Made by a program: the position numbers and the translations under genes. This document shows, one piece after another, positions 49,284-61,171 of a DNA stretch of 64,000 nt; within the stretch, counting starts at the first letter, position 1; each line of letters starts with the position of its first letter. This DNA is from Eremomyces bilateralis CBS 781.70 (taxonomy: Eukaryota). Where the stretch lies: assembly GCA_010015585.1 (NCBI GenBank), contig ML975152.1; one strand, given 5' to 3'. The notes beneath the pieces were generated by a model that was given only the letters and a program-made list of their open reading frames with translations, was not told the DNA's origin and searched no databases.

Positions 49284-49630
49284 CCATCCACCCCACTTAG
49301 CAACCACACAGGATTCCTACACTGAGACCCAGATCTGATCTGCTGCTGAACCTGCTGGAGTGGGTGGTTTGGTGCGGCGCAGGATTGGTGACAGCATACC
49401 TTGCATGGGAGCAGGTTATCACTTGTCAGTGTGATGGAAATCTAGAACTTATGGAACCCAGTACAAATACCTGACCTCCGCTCACCTTTCCTTTCTTCTC
49501 ACCACTTTTTTCCCACTCTACCCACACACCTTGAGCTACTACCATCAGAACCACGCACACGTCCAACTGTTTTCCCACTTCTCAATCGTATACCACACCA
49601 CGGTAATCTTTCGATACCAACTCATTCAAC

Positions 49631-49992
49631 ATGCCGTTCACCGCAAGGTAAACCGGACTCCCCAGCTCCCCGGAGCGCCTCGGAATGCGCAAACTGTTGC
49701 TGACACTTCCACCAGCGACATCATCAAGATCTTCTTCGCCATCTTCCTCCCGCCGCTAGGTGTCTTCCTTGAGCGCGGTTGCAATGCGGACTTCTTCATC
49801 AACATCCTCCTGTAAGCGCTTCCACGAAACCACCCGTTTTCGACCTTGCGAAGGAGCTCAACGCTAACCAATCCGCAGCACAATCTTGGGTTACATCCCG
49901 GGTATTATCGTAAGTTTTGTTATATCTTCTACTCGCGAAGGTTAATGCTGACGGATGGGTAGCACGCGCTGTACATTATTCTGAAATTCTAA
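49631..49992 (+). CDS. PMP3: Plasma membrane proteolipid 3 (Pmp3/UPF0057, 57 aa); exons 49631-49647, 49716-49811, 49879-49909, 49963-49992
   Basis: Spliced: MPFTASDIIKIFFAIFLPPLGVFLERGCNADFFINILLTILGYIPGIIHALYIILKF*. Confidence 0.93.
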
Positions 49993-50666
49993 GACGGGGG
50001 GAGCGCAGGGGTGGATGGAGTGATGACGCCATGGTGATGGCATGAGTGGACGCTATCGTTCGTCGGGCATAGATGTCAATCTTTCACGACGATCTGGAGT
50101 CTACAGACTGTTTTATGACCGCTGCCGCCAACTATCGACGCATTAGACACTCCTAATGGCGTTGGTGAGGGCAAGGTCGATGCTTTACGTATTGCATTTG
50201 TCGGGGACGAGCCTTTAATCGATTGGGGTTGATGATACCCTTCGGAGTGGACGAGCGCTACGAACCTTGTTTTCCTTGTCATTAAACGCTGATTGCTACT
50301 TAGATAGCAGATGGAATGATACCTTGAAATTTAATTCAGAATGGCCTAACTATTTCGATTCGAATCGTTCCCCTTGTTACAGTGTCCACCCGAGCGTCTT
50401 ACCGCGTGTATGTGAAGGAAAATCGAAAACAAGCCAACTCATCACCCAGCCCCTTGTTTCGCTCAGCATTAGAAAGTCATAGCATTTGATTATCAGAGAA
50501 TTATGATGATGCGTTGCAAATCAATAATCTCCCATGATAATTACCCCTAGTTTTCCTTATCCCTCGCCTTTCCCTCCAACCGAGGAGCGAATGCCGGAAC
50601 CCAGGCACTTCCGTGACACGGAGAACAGAATCACATATGTCCCTTGGATGCTCTCCTTGCAGGGCC

Positions 50667-53600
50667 CTAGCCGTCGACCTTACTATCGCTCCTCCTCCGT
50701 TCCGCCCGTTTCAGCCTCTCCACCTTCGCCCGCCAAAAGCTCGCCACCCTCTCCGCATCCGACCATTTCATCCCCAAGTCCCGTTCCTCGATCATCCCCC
50801 ATCTCTTATCCCTGGACTCCGTCAAAGTGAACCTTACCCCTTCATCCTCCCCTTTCACGGCTCGGATGGTCCCGCACTCATCGAACGCTCGCGCGGCGAC
50901 GGCGATGTGTTTCGCCGTCTCCGTCGAGGACGTGCTCCCTCCCCGTCGCTCGTACTTGGCGCGAAGGGCCTCGTAGTCCTTCTCCAATTGTTTCTCGCGC
51001 GCGCGGCATTCATGCAGTTCGCGGCGGGTGCGCTCGAGTTCGGCGTAGATGGTGCCGACGTTGAGGTGGCGTTTTCGTGCTGGAGAGATTTGCCCTTGTG
51101 GGATGGCTGCCTGAGACCCGCGTGCATCGCCGTGACGGGATTCTCTACATTCTGCTTGTATGGGCGGAATAGAATCACCCGGCTTGGAGGACCCATGTGA
51201 CGTAACGCGTTCCCTCTGCGCCCAATCTTGTGCTAGGCCGGTGTGGCTCGCTGCAGATACTGCGGCGTTGATCTGGGTTTCGTTTGCAATCGGTCTTTGA
51301 GGGGATGAGTGGGTCGATCGGGTGGGTACACATGCAGTTGCAAGGTTTTTATGTTGAATTTGGGCACGCCGTGGTCGTGTTTCTTCCAAGGTGCGATGGA
51401 AGTTCCCAGGTAGTGGTTGTGCATGACGCATAGGCCCTGCCTGGGCCTGAGACTGTGTGTTGCGATTATGGCTGCTCATCAAACGAGGAGCCTGACTCTC
51501 CCCAGGAATTCGCGGAATGTGAAAGTGCTCAGGGCCGCGATGTGCGGAGTCCAGATGAAAGATGCTCTGTCCATCCGATTGGGAGGGTGACGTGGTGTCA
51601 TGGATGTAGAGGTTCTCGTTCTTGTGCATATCCTGGGATGTTTCATTGATCGGCGGGAAGGGGATACGGTCTAGACGGTCGTTGTCTCGCTTGGGAGAGG
51701 ACGGTAGAAAGCGAGAAGTGATGGCAGAGTCCAGTCGATCGTCTTCACGGGTAGGCGGGAGTTGAACTTGTTGCGAACGGGGTGTCCAGTTCTCCGCCAT
51801 GCGTGGGCCATTCCTAACACGTTCACGACTCTCCTTCTTTCTCACCCGGCGTTGTTCATAGCCTCGCCTGCGATCGTGTGAAGGTGTTGCGCTTTGTTGG
51901 ATGAGGTGTGCTGGTCGCATGCCGGGGCTCTGTGGGTGAGGCTGATAGATATTGGCTCCGACATATTGCGCAGCATGCTCGACCCTCAACCTCTTTCGGG
52001 ATATGCGGAATTTTGGCGGGCTAACCTCCGGCTGTCCTGCGGAGAACTCAAGTGACTGGAGTCCTTTGTTTACGTTGGTAGTCTGGTTGGGGTGTGCCTC
52101 AGGCTCGGGTTCCCTAGTAAATCGGTCGAGCTTTGTCGGTCCTGAAAGTACAGTTTCAGGGTTCGTGACCACCTCAAGAGCTTGGTAGATTGCGTCTCCG
52201 AGGTTCTTTTCGTCGTCTGGCGGTGCCTTCCGAAGGAGCAAAGAGGTCCGGGGGATTTCTTTTGAAATTGGCTGTTTCTCAAGATCCTCCATATGGCCAG
52301 CTGGTTTGACACCATGATCGGTGATATTTTCAAAGGTGTTGGAAACGGCCAAGGATGTGTCATAAGAAGCGCCCGACATTCTGTGTGCTGAAAACTCAGC
52401 AGTCAATCCAAGACTAAATCTGGAGGATGAAATTGGAGGGATGATGTAGTTGAGACTTGACTGTGTTCTCCGTCGATCGAACTGGGCAATGTCCTGTTCG
52501 TGAGAGCTAGTGAGGAGCTTGCCGATATCTTCAGAGTGATGTCGACGGTGGCCGTTTGCAGACACGCGAGATAGCTCAGAGCGTAAACGCCTGCCCTTGC
52601 TTCCAGTAATCGGTCCGGACGGCCACGGCAGATAGCACGTTCCAGGAGCTGTGACTTCCTGGATGGCCTTGATTATACATTCCCAGGAAGTAATGAGCTT
52701 CTCCGCAACGGCTCCACACATCATTGTTCTCCCGAACTCGCACACAATAAGCAGCGCATCTTTCGACATAGGGGTCCCCGGAGTGCTGTTTGCATGGTCT
52801 GGAGATCCTAGGCTAGTCTCGAAATCGCTCATAGAGGGAGTAGGAGCAACGTCGCTACTTATAGCGATCCCATCGGTGTGATTCGCAAGGAGTAACGGCG
52901 CAAACACGACGGCGAGAGCTCGAGAGCTCATTGCCTCCGATGACTGCTTTGGTGGGCTAAGATGGTCGACCGGAGTGACTTGATCCTGCTTCAAATATGC
53001 CAGTAGTCCAAAAACAGCAGAGATCAGTGCCAGTCTATGTGGGCATTCGATTTGAAGTAGAGCAGCTGCCACCTTCTGTGGATCGACACTTGGGTTCGGT
53101 GACGCATTGCTTGATTTGGAGGCGTCATATTGAATCGCAGATTGTAGTTGCTCGAATACCTCGATCGATCCGAGGATGCCGCCCGGCAATTCTGAGAGAA
53201 GCTTCTTGAAAGTCGAGGCGATGTCATGGATGTTGTATGCGACGCTGGTAGGAAGAGCAGGTTTCCGAATCGTTAACTCAATATCGCTCAAATGGGTCGT
53301 GTCCGGTGCTTGCATCTGCGAGAGGAAGTGGTCGTGTAGTGCGCCGACTGTTCTGATTTGCCCAGGGATTCGAAAGATGCCAGGAACGTCGAGGCCTGTG
53401 AAGAGTGTCAACTCAAAGACACTGCCATAGAAGCGTCATAGATGGAACGATTCCAAACTTACCGTGCTTTACAAGGTACTTCGCCGTAGCGGCAAAGCAA
53501 CTTGGTATGGCCAACTCGGCAGCGGCAACATTCTGAGGAAGATGCAACAAACTGACTCCGCCCACTCGCGCCAGGTCTTCCAGAGAGTGAGGAAACTCAA

Positions 53601-53694
53601 GAGGGAGTTTCGGGTTCTCGTTGTCCGAAGAGGAGTTTCGTCGCCGACCGAATTTACGAGCCAGCCAGGCTCTCGTGTTCTTAGTCCTGTCCAT
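50667..53694 (-). CDS. RhoGAP-domain protein with a long disordered tail and C-terminal coiled coil; intron 53462-53396
   Basis: LAIPSCFAATAKYLVKH|GLDVPGIFRIPG (arginine finger), HDIASTFKKLLSELPGGIL, MSSRALAVVFAPLLL. Confidence 0.82.
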
Positions 53695-54496
53695 TGGAAT
53701 CCACGCAAGCAACGACCGTGACGGATGGATGTCAAGAACGAGAGAGGGTGGGATCCCAAACTGATTTTTTAAGCTGATTGAAAGGTATCGAAGTTCTGTA
53801 GCTGTAATTTCTCGTGCAATAAGAGTAAGTTTCTTGATGCAAAAGTTTCTCCATGGAGGTGCAATTATCTGGTTAAGGAGTGCACGCTGCGTTGCACTTG
53901 CCTCCAGAGGCTTCAGATTGGGATTTTAGCAGGAGCCTGGACTCGAGAAACACCAAACAAGAGCAGCTGTGCCCAAGAACGGTGTCTGACCGCAATAAGT
54001 TCAAATGCGGTAGAAAGAGTGAGAGGGGGCGAAGCGGATTGAGAGGAGAATATGTAGTGTCAGTTGGAAATTTCACTTTGACAACCACTGGAACTGCGCA
54101 AACAGAAGGAATCGACGTGAATGTCGCCTACCATCCCAGGATTGGGTTCATCTTTGACTACTCACAAGAAAGCCGTTATCGATTCATACAATATTGGAAA
54201 TGAAACAGCTCAGCAACCGTCTGATCAACGCCGCCGATACGTACCGATTCATTCACCTTACCCATAATCGGGTCATCAAGGACAACCTAACACGTGCAGG
54301 TTTGAGAACCTATCCATTCTTGAGCTATCATTTATTCCGGATTGCCGTTATCCATTGCATCGCATTCCATTCATAATATTCTGCCTCCTCATTCAGAGGC
54401 CGGACCCAATCATCGGAGGAACGATGCCCTGTTCGTCAATAAAACCCAAACCAGTCTTGAGCCCCGACCCGCACAAGATCCGCAAGTGCGAAACTT

Positions 54497-56102
54497 TCAA
54501 TACTGCCCTTCTTCACCTTCGAGAAGAATGTATTCGAGGATGTCACTCAAGGTTAGGACACCCTTCAAGCGGAGTTTATCGTCGACGATGGCGAATCGAT
54601 GAACGCGTGATTTGCGAATCGTATCGAAGATGGTATCAAGACGATCATCGGCAGAACAAGTGTAGATCCCGGAGAAGTCCTATGCTTCGGTTAGTACTTG
54701 ATACTGATAATGTTCGGTGCATTCGACTAACGTCCGCCCTCTTCAGTATCGCTGCGCCTACGGTAAGGTTCAGATTGTTGTCATAGTCCGTCTCCCCTTT
54801 GATCAAGGTGATGACATCAACCGCCTCGAACACGTTCAGCAAAATACCTGGAGATTGTGTCAGTTATTGCTGGGGAACACTCAATCACGGGCGTTCAAAC
54901 CTTCTTTGTCCAAGATTGGAACGCTGGAGATATTGTATCGCACAAGCATGTGGATCACGTCCATGACTGGTGTGTCCATGGTGGCAGTCTGAATGTTCTC
55001 ATACGTGCCGACATTAATGGCTTGAAGCGGCTTCCTCAGCATAGCCGTCTCCTTAACGTTGACAGCAACAAATTTGAGGATGCGATACTGGGTCACCACG
55101 CTAACCACCATAGATCGCTGGGTTTCGTCGTCAACATCCACTAAGGGAATACGACGTGCACGAGACTTGAGCATCTTGCGGCATGCTTCGTAGAGCGGTC
55201 GCTCTGGATGAATCGAGACGGTCTCCGGGGGTTGGACTCCAATGGCTCGTTCGACTTCTATTACACCTATCAGCAAGTAGAGTCTCGATGTACATGATGA
55301 TCATACCTCGAAGACTGCTGAGTCGAAATTGGCCAATTTGGCCCATCGCATCCGGGTTCTGCCAGTAATACTGGATAACATTGATGTAATCGGAGGTTGT
55401 GAGTAGACCAGCGAATGTGGATGACTTGGAATCCCATAGCGGCGCTGATACGATGCCTTCTTAGGAGTTAGCCTTGACCTACTAAGAGAAGAGTTGATCA
55501 TACCATTTTGGATCAAGATATCCAAGCTCTTCTTGACCAGAAGTCCCGTGTCAAACACGATGAGCCGGAAGCTCAGTGGAAGGACATCATAACTTGTTCG
55601 AACCTTCAAGAAAGCTCGGAGGGCTCGCTGTTGACGTTAGCTTCCTGATCCTTGTTGATGATTACTCCAAATGACAGCGTATCATTGTCAACTTATCACC
55701 AATTCTTGGTGTAGCAAACAAGGGCAATGGTTTCTCTCATTCCGTCACCGCCTTTCTCCTCTAGCAAACAAGTCAACAAGAGAGAGCTATACGTACCAGG
55801 CCATCCATTTGCTCCACGTCCAAAGGTGTGAGTGGCTTCATTTTTTCCTCCACGGGTGTCACAGCCAGTACTGGTCGTGACGTCCGCCGTAAATAATGAG
55901 CTGGACTTACGAACGGCGCAGGTACGGCGGGAACTCCGCTGGTAGCGGGTGGAAAAGTGACTGGAGGATTGGGTACATCTCCAGGCTGCGATGATACTAC
56001 CCCCGCGGAATGACTAGCGTGGTACGGAGCCTGCTGAGAGTTTCCGGAAGGTTCTGCAGCATCAGCTGGGCGGTGAGGCTTCGCATCGCCAGAACCTGAC
56101 AT
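54497..56102 (-). CDS. SNF4: AMPK/Snf1 gamma subunit (four CBS domains); five introns
   Basis: [99 protein letters not shown]. Confidence 0.95.
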
Positions 56103-57166
56103 GATCGTGGCGTTTTGAACGCTTGCAAGTTCGATGCGGTCGTGGGGTGTTACAATTCTCGGATTCGCGCCTCTAATATGCAGCCAACAGGAGGTCAGGC
56201 CGGGTTGTGATGCATACGTTTAGAAGCCAGAACGTTGTGAGGAGGCTGCTCGGTTGAGCATGGCCCCGAGGCCGTATTTCTTCTTGCAAGTCGGTCGATT
56301 TCGTTTAGAGGCCAATTGACTTGGTGAGAGGAATCACAAATAGTTTGTACTTCGTTTGAGTCCCGTAAGTTGGTTACCAGTTAATATCCGTGTCTAATGT
56401 AAGAGCTCCGCGGCGGAGCTGCCGGTTGGGGTGGGAACTACAAGCCCGCTTCCGCTCCTCCATCAGCTAATTCACGTGATCACAGGGAATTTTCACGTTT
56501 GGGCAGACATTGTCTTACGTCGCTTCTAGAGATATGAAGATACTGTCTTATATTCCTTTTATTCAATTGACTAGTGAATAATTACAAATCTTTGTTTACT
56601 TAGGCTAAAGTAGGATGTAAAAGATGAAGACCTTTCAATTCCGTCCACCCAAGAAAAAGCGCCCATTGTCAGTCACTTCGTCCAAGATAGGTGGCGCATC
56701 TCAAGTTCCACTGTGCAAGTCATCATCTTACAATTGATATCGTTGAGTTTGAATGCTCCTTATTGAGTCTAGAGGTAGTAGAGGATGCGTCAAGCACATT
56801 TAACCACCGATTGCGCATTTGCAGCGGCTATTATTTTCCTACCGGCATCGATCACACATAGTCATTTATTCAAATCAACACTCATCACATCAATCATCAA
56901 TAATGGTCAGCGCTTGGTCGTTACTCGTTAGCCTGAAGATTCCAAGTATGGCTTGAGTTAGGATTACACAGGAACCTGCATCCCCGCAATCCTGGTGGTA
57001 TGCTACGACTAGGATGAATGCAAGATCCCACTGCTTATAAACCGAATGCATAAATACCGAGGCACGCAGTTCGAAGCCATCTAAACACCGATCCTACATC
57101 AATTGTTATAAATACTCATTCCGCCATTACCTACTCCTTTTCAACTGGCAACAACCTCATTATCAG

Positions 57167-58001
57167 ATGGATCGCGTCATAGTCATTCTTGGATCGGGGC
57201 CGGGGATCGGTGTTGGAGTTGCGTCCCATTTCGCGGAACAAGGGTTCAACAGGGTAGCGTTGGTGGCCAGAAACACTGAGAGGTTGGCAATCGATGCTTC
57301 CAGGGTTAAATCGGCTGCAGAGGCGGCAAAGAAGGACGTTACTGTGAAGACCTACTCTGTCGATGTCACCGACGTGGCCAAATTTGAAGGGGTCCTTGGA
57401 AATATCGTGCAGGAGCTTGGGAAGCCCGAAGTGGTTGTGTATAATGCTGTCCGAATAGGAAGAGGGTCGTTCTTTAAGCAAACCGAGGAGTCCGTGAACT
57501 ATGATTTCAAGGTGAGGCATCCTAAGGGTTCCCAAATTGGACATGCACAAACAGCCCGCCCCACTCCATCTGGATCGCAAAACCCTCCCATTTCGCGTTG
57601 CCTAAGGAAAGACCACTGACTAGATAAACTAGATCACAACTCTTGGGCTTTATACGACCGCACGCGTCCTGATGCCTCATTTGCTCTCCCATGTGGGATC
57701 AGCTGGCCGAAACCCTGCTCTTCTAGTCTCCAGCGGGGGTCTATACAAGACACCGCATCACGCACTATTCTCGCTATCATTATCGAAAGCTAGTCAGCAC
57801 AACATGACTGAAAGCTTATCGCAGAGATTTGCGGGTGAGGGGGTTCACGTGGCGTCGGTAGTCGTCCATGGCCTGGTGAGGCCCGATAGTCCCCATTTCA
57901 GTCCAAGTAAGATCGCCGAGGTGTTCTGGAAATTGTACGGACAGGGAGCAGATGGGGAAACGGATGTATGGGTCACAGACGGAACCGATCCAAAGCTTTG
58001 A
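57167..58001 (+). CDS. Short-chain dehydrogenase/reductase (atypical, no catalytic Tyr) with C-terminal PKL; intron 57512-57632
   Basis: VILGSGPGIG Rossmann motif, VALVAR, VDVTD, VVVYNA, FSLSLSKASQHNM, GVHVASVVVHG. Confidence 0.85.
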
Positions 58002-60367
58002 GGAGTTGTCCCATCTGAAGTCGAAGAAGTATTGCACATTCCTCCCTCGCAGAAGGAGTTGCGTGTATATATTTTAGGCCATATAGCCTGGGGACGTGTA
58101 TCAAGCTGGTTAGATCCAATTTCTATCCGGAGGAGACATTTAGTTTGGTACGGACTCATTCGCAGTCACAGCCTCTGTGTCCTACCATTTGCCGACGAGT
58201 TTGATGGTTGAATCTATCCCCCAGGCGTTGGAACGCACAAATCGACATATCATGTAAATTGTCCTTGGCTAGACATCTCTGGATATGTTTAACTACAACT
58301 GATGATGTGGCCCGCGCTTCTCCATGAAGAAATAAATCCCTTTATCGAACCCGATGACTTCAACTCCTTCTGAAGTACCCTAATATAACCTTATATGTAT
58401 CTCTGCGACTGATGCTCTGTGGCGCCTACACTGAACGACGATCTTTGCAGACACAACCGCCATAACGAGGGTCAAGGACTACATTAACTCGATATTGGAG
58501 GTAAGGCAATTGCGAAAAACACTGATTGATTGTCCTACTAACTGATGTACGTCTTGAGTAAAGATGTGCCACCTTTGAATGAATTCCCGAATAGTGGACC
58601 GCCACATCCATCCTTCCTCCACGAAATCCATCTTTGTATTGTCCCGATCTCCCCTCGCTACCCATGGGGCCTTCAAGTTTCTCCTCATCGTAGAGAAAAC
58701 GAGTTCGAAGGAAGCGAATCTCCAACGCACACGACCCTCGTAAGATTCCTACTTGACCACCGTGACAAGACCCGAGCGTGCCTCCGGTTCAGTGAGCTTA
58801 ACTTGAATCCCAGGCATGTTCCGCACTATCGGAGAAGAAGGCGCCGCTAACGAGTAGCCTGGCAACAAGTTTATTTCCCATCCGTTCCAGATCAGCCCCT
58901 GTGTTGGGAGTAATTACAGGGAATGCCGAAAAGTGATTGGCTGGTGGTGCAGCTATGGCCATCATTATCACACCCCTCAGGCTTGGCTATTGGTAACTGA
59001 ACCGAAACCGCGTTTATTTTCTTGGTGACGAGCCGCCCTATGATATAACCTGTGTCGCAGGAATTTATAGGGTTCCCGCCAACCTCTCGATCGTCTTGAG
59101 GTACTTCACCGCCAATGCCCAACAGCACATCGGCATTCTTGTGATTATGGACCCTGGGGAGTCTTTCCCAGGGGTGTCGATATACTTTATGAATGTCACA
59201 GTGCTAATAAGGAGGGATTTTGGATGGGTCTCAAAGGTTTACTAGCTAGTCTCTGACGAAACTAAAGACGAAGAGGAAGATAAAAGAAAATCAAACAAAA
59301 GGAGGGGAAATATCTACAGGTCTGTAGGCAGTGAATTCCCGCCATGTGTTCCCCTGGCACATGATACTATCGTGAGCCATTCATCTGGCCATCAGGCATC
59401 GATCTCAGAACACGAAAAGTGCGACTGTGACAATGGATATACTAATAAGCTCGACAAAACGGCCAGACGATATATCCTTGAAGGGGGGTGCTAGAACAAC
59501 AAGGCTGGTTTTGAGAGCTAACTTTACATGTCGGTGATAATATACCGTAGACTGGACTTTTGACTTTTGGTCCTATGACTTTTCTGGCGCTCCTATATTT
59601 CAATCGAATTGCTGGTATAGAGTAGATCAAGCATTAGCAAGTATATAAATAATACGTAGCAGCAGTGATATATTCGGGATTGTAGAATGAAAGACTTGAG
59701 CTTCGGTTGAGCTTTTGCAGAAAGGAATTGGAGCTGAAGTTCTCGTCATTCAGTTTGTTCTGTGTTCCTACAGCGTCCATGGTCGGTGGTAAGGTTAGGC
59801 CCATGAGCGCGTCGATCCTGTTCCCATCGGGACCCAATAGTTGGCCAAAGGGCCCGGACACCAGGTTCGTGTTTGCATGGTAATGTAGCTCCCTCACGGG
59901 CTTGGACCAAAGTAAAAAGAAGCTCGCTAAACCCATCCTGTGTGGTCGGTGATGACTTATAAAGAAACAAGATGATAGACTTAGAGGCATACAACTCAAG
60001 CAAACGCGATATAATTCAATACCATAAGATGATTGGCCCGTGGGTATACAACGGTTTGCTATGTCATCAAATTCAGATCCAATCATCCAAGTGTGCATGC
60101 CAAGGCCAAATCCGTAATAACTACAACATCACCTACCCCCCAATCTGTGGTAAATGGCATAATCGATTCAGTCGATTCAGTGGACTCTAATTAATCTTAG
60201 TAGACTATAGTCGACTCTAGTGGATTAAAATTATTCTATTTATCTAGTCATCGATCCTAATGCTATTAAAAGTAATAATAAGCGTTAGTCTGTCTAGTTT
60301 GTGCGGTAGGTCAAGGAGAAGGGTCAGTCCCTGCTCTTGGTAGAGAACAGTCCTTTTTTTTTAAAAT

Positions 60368-60459
60368 GGCACGGTGGCTGAGTGGTTATAGCGTTAGACT
60401 CGAATAAGCAAGTTCATCTAATCCGTTCGCGGGCGCAGGTTCGAATCCTGCCCGTGTCG
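60368..60459 (+). tRNA. tRNA-Ser (anticodon CGA) with an ~11-nt intron
   Basis: Acceptor stem GGCACGG/CCGTGTC with G discriminator; A-box TGGCTGAGTGG; anticodon arm TTAGA-CTCGAA-[TAAGCAAGTTC]-A-TCTAA; long variable arm; T-arm GCAGGTTCGAATCCTGC; T-run terminator just downstream. Confidence 0.93.
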
Positions 60460-61171
60460 CATATCTTTTTACAAAAATTCTTTTTGAAATATTCGGAATT
60501 GAACCCGGTGCTTTTTTGATATTAACAATCGTTGTGGTTGTGCATAGACGGAGGCATAATTAGAAGGTGCGAACATCGCTCCTGCGTTTTGTTCGAGTCA
60601 GCGCAAGAGGGTTGAACTAAATTACTAAAAAATCAAGGCACTGCACTGGCCCCTTGACAATCGATACCCTCCCACGCCTCCCTCAGCCTACGACAACAGA
60701 GAGTCATATCGACCCAGTTTTGCGAACTAGAATACAAAATTGTAATTCTATTAATGGAAGCAGCAGGTGGAAAACCGTAATAATTACTGTGTGAATTTTG
60801 ACGCCCTTGCGAGATGCTTCAGGCTCATGAATTTATTTTCTTCCCCTCCTGAACTGACATGTTGCATAAGATCCACTCTGCTGTCCAAACCAGTTGTTGA
60901 TTGGTGGGACGAATAACAACAACATGGACGACTGCCATCAAGGAATTGATTATCCTCTATTCCGTAAACACGATCGCATAATAACGCGCTTGATATCATT
61001 GTAAATATTACAATGATGGTTGCTTGCTTTCAATGAGCGCGCGTCATTCGAATCCGTTGGCGGATATTTTCCCAAATATAATCACGACTTCACGGCAATT
61101 CAAGGCGCGACACGGTACCCACCAAGGTCACTCAAACCACCGACGCCCTCGGCGGCCAACTGCATGTCTAG

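Noticed and set aside
522..56102. SCH9, PTC1 and SNF4 (or COA4, MGM101 and FZO1) as functional clusters
   Set aside because: Widely spaced among unrelated housekeeping genes; chance neighbourhood is sufficient.
57610..57632. TGA-CTA readthrough-like context ending ORF 57167-57619
   Set aside because: It lies inside the SDR intron and is the CTGAC branch region, not a true stop.
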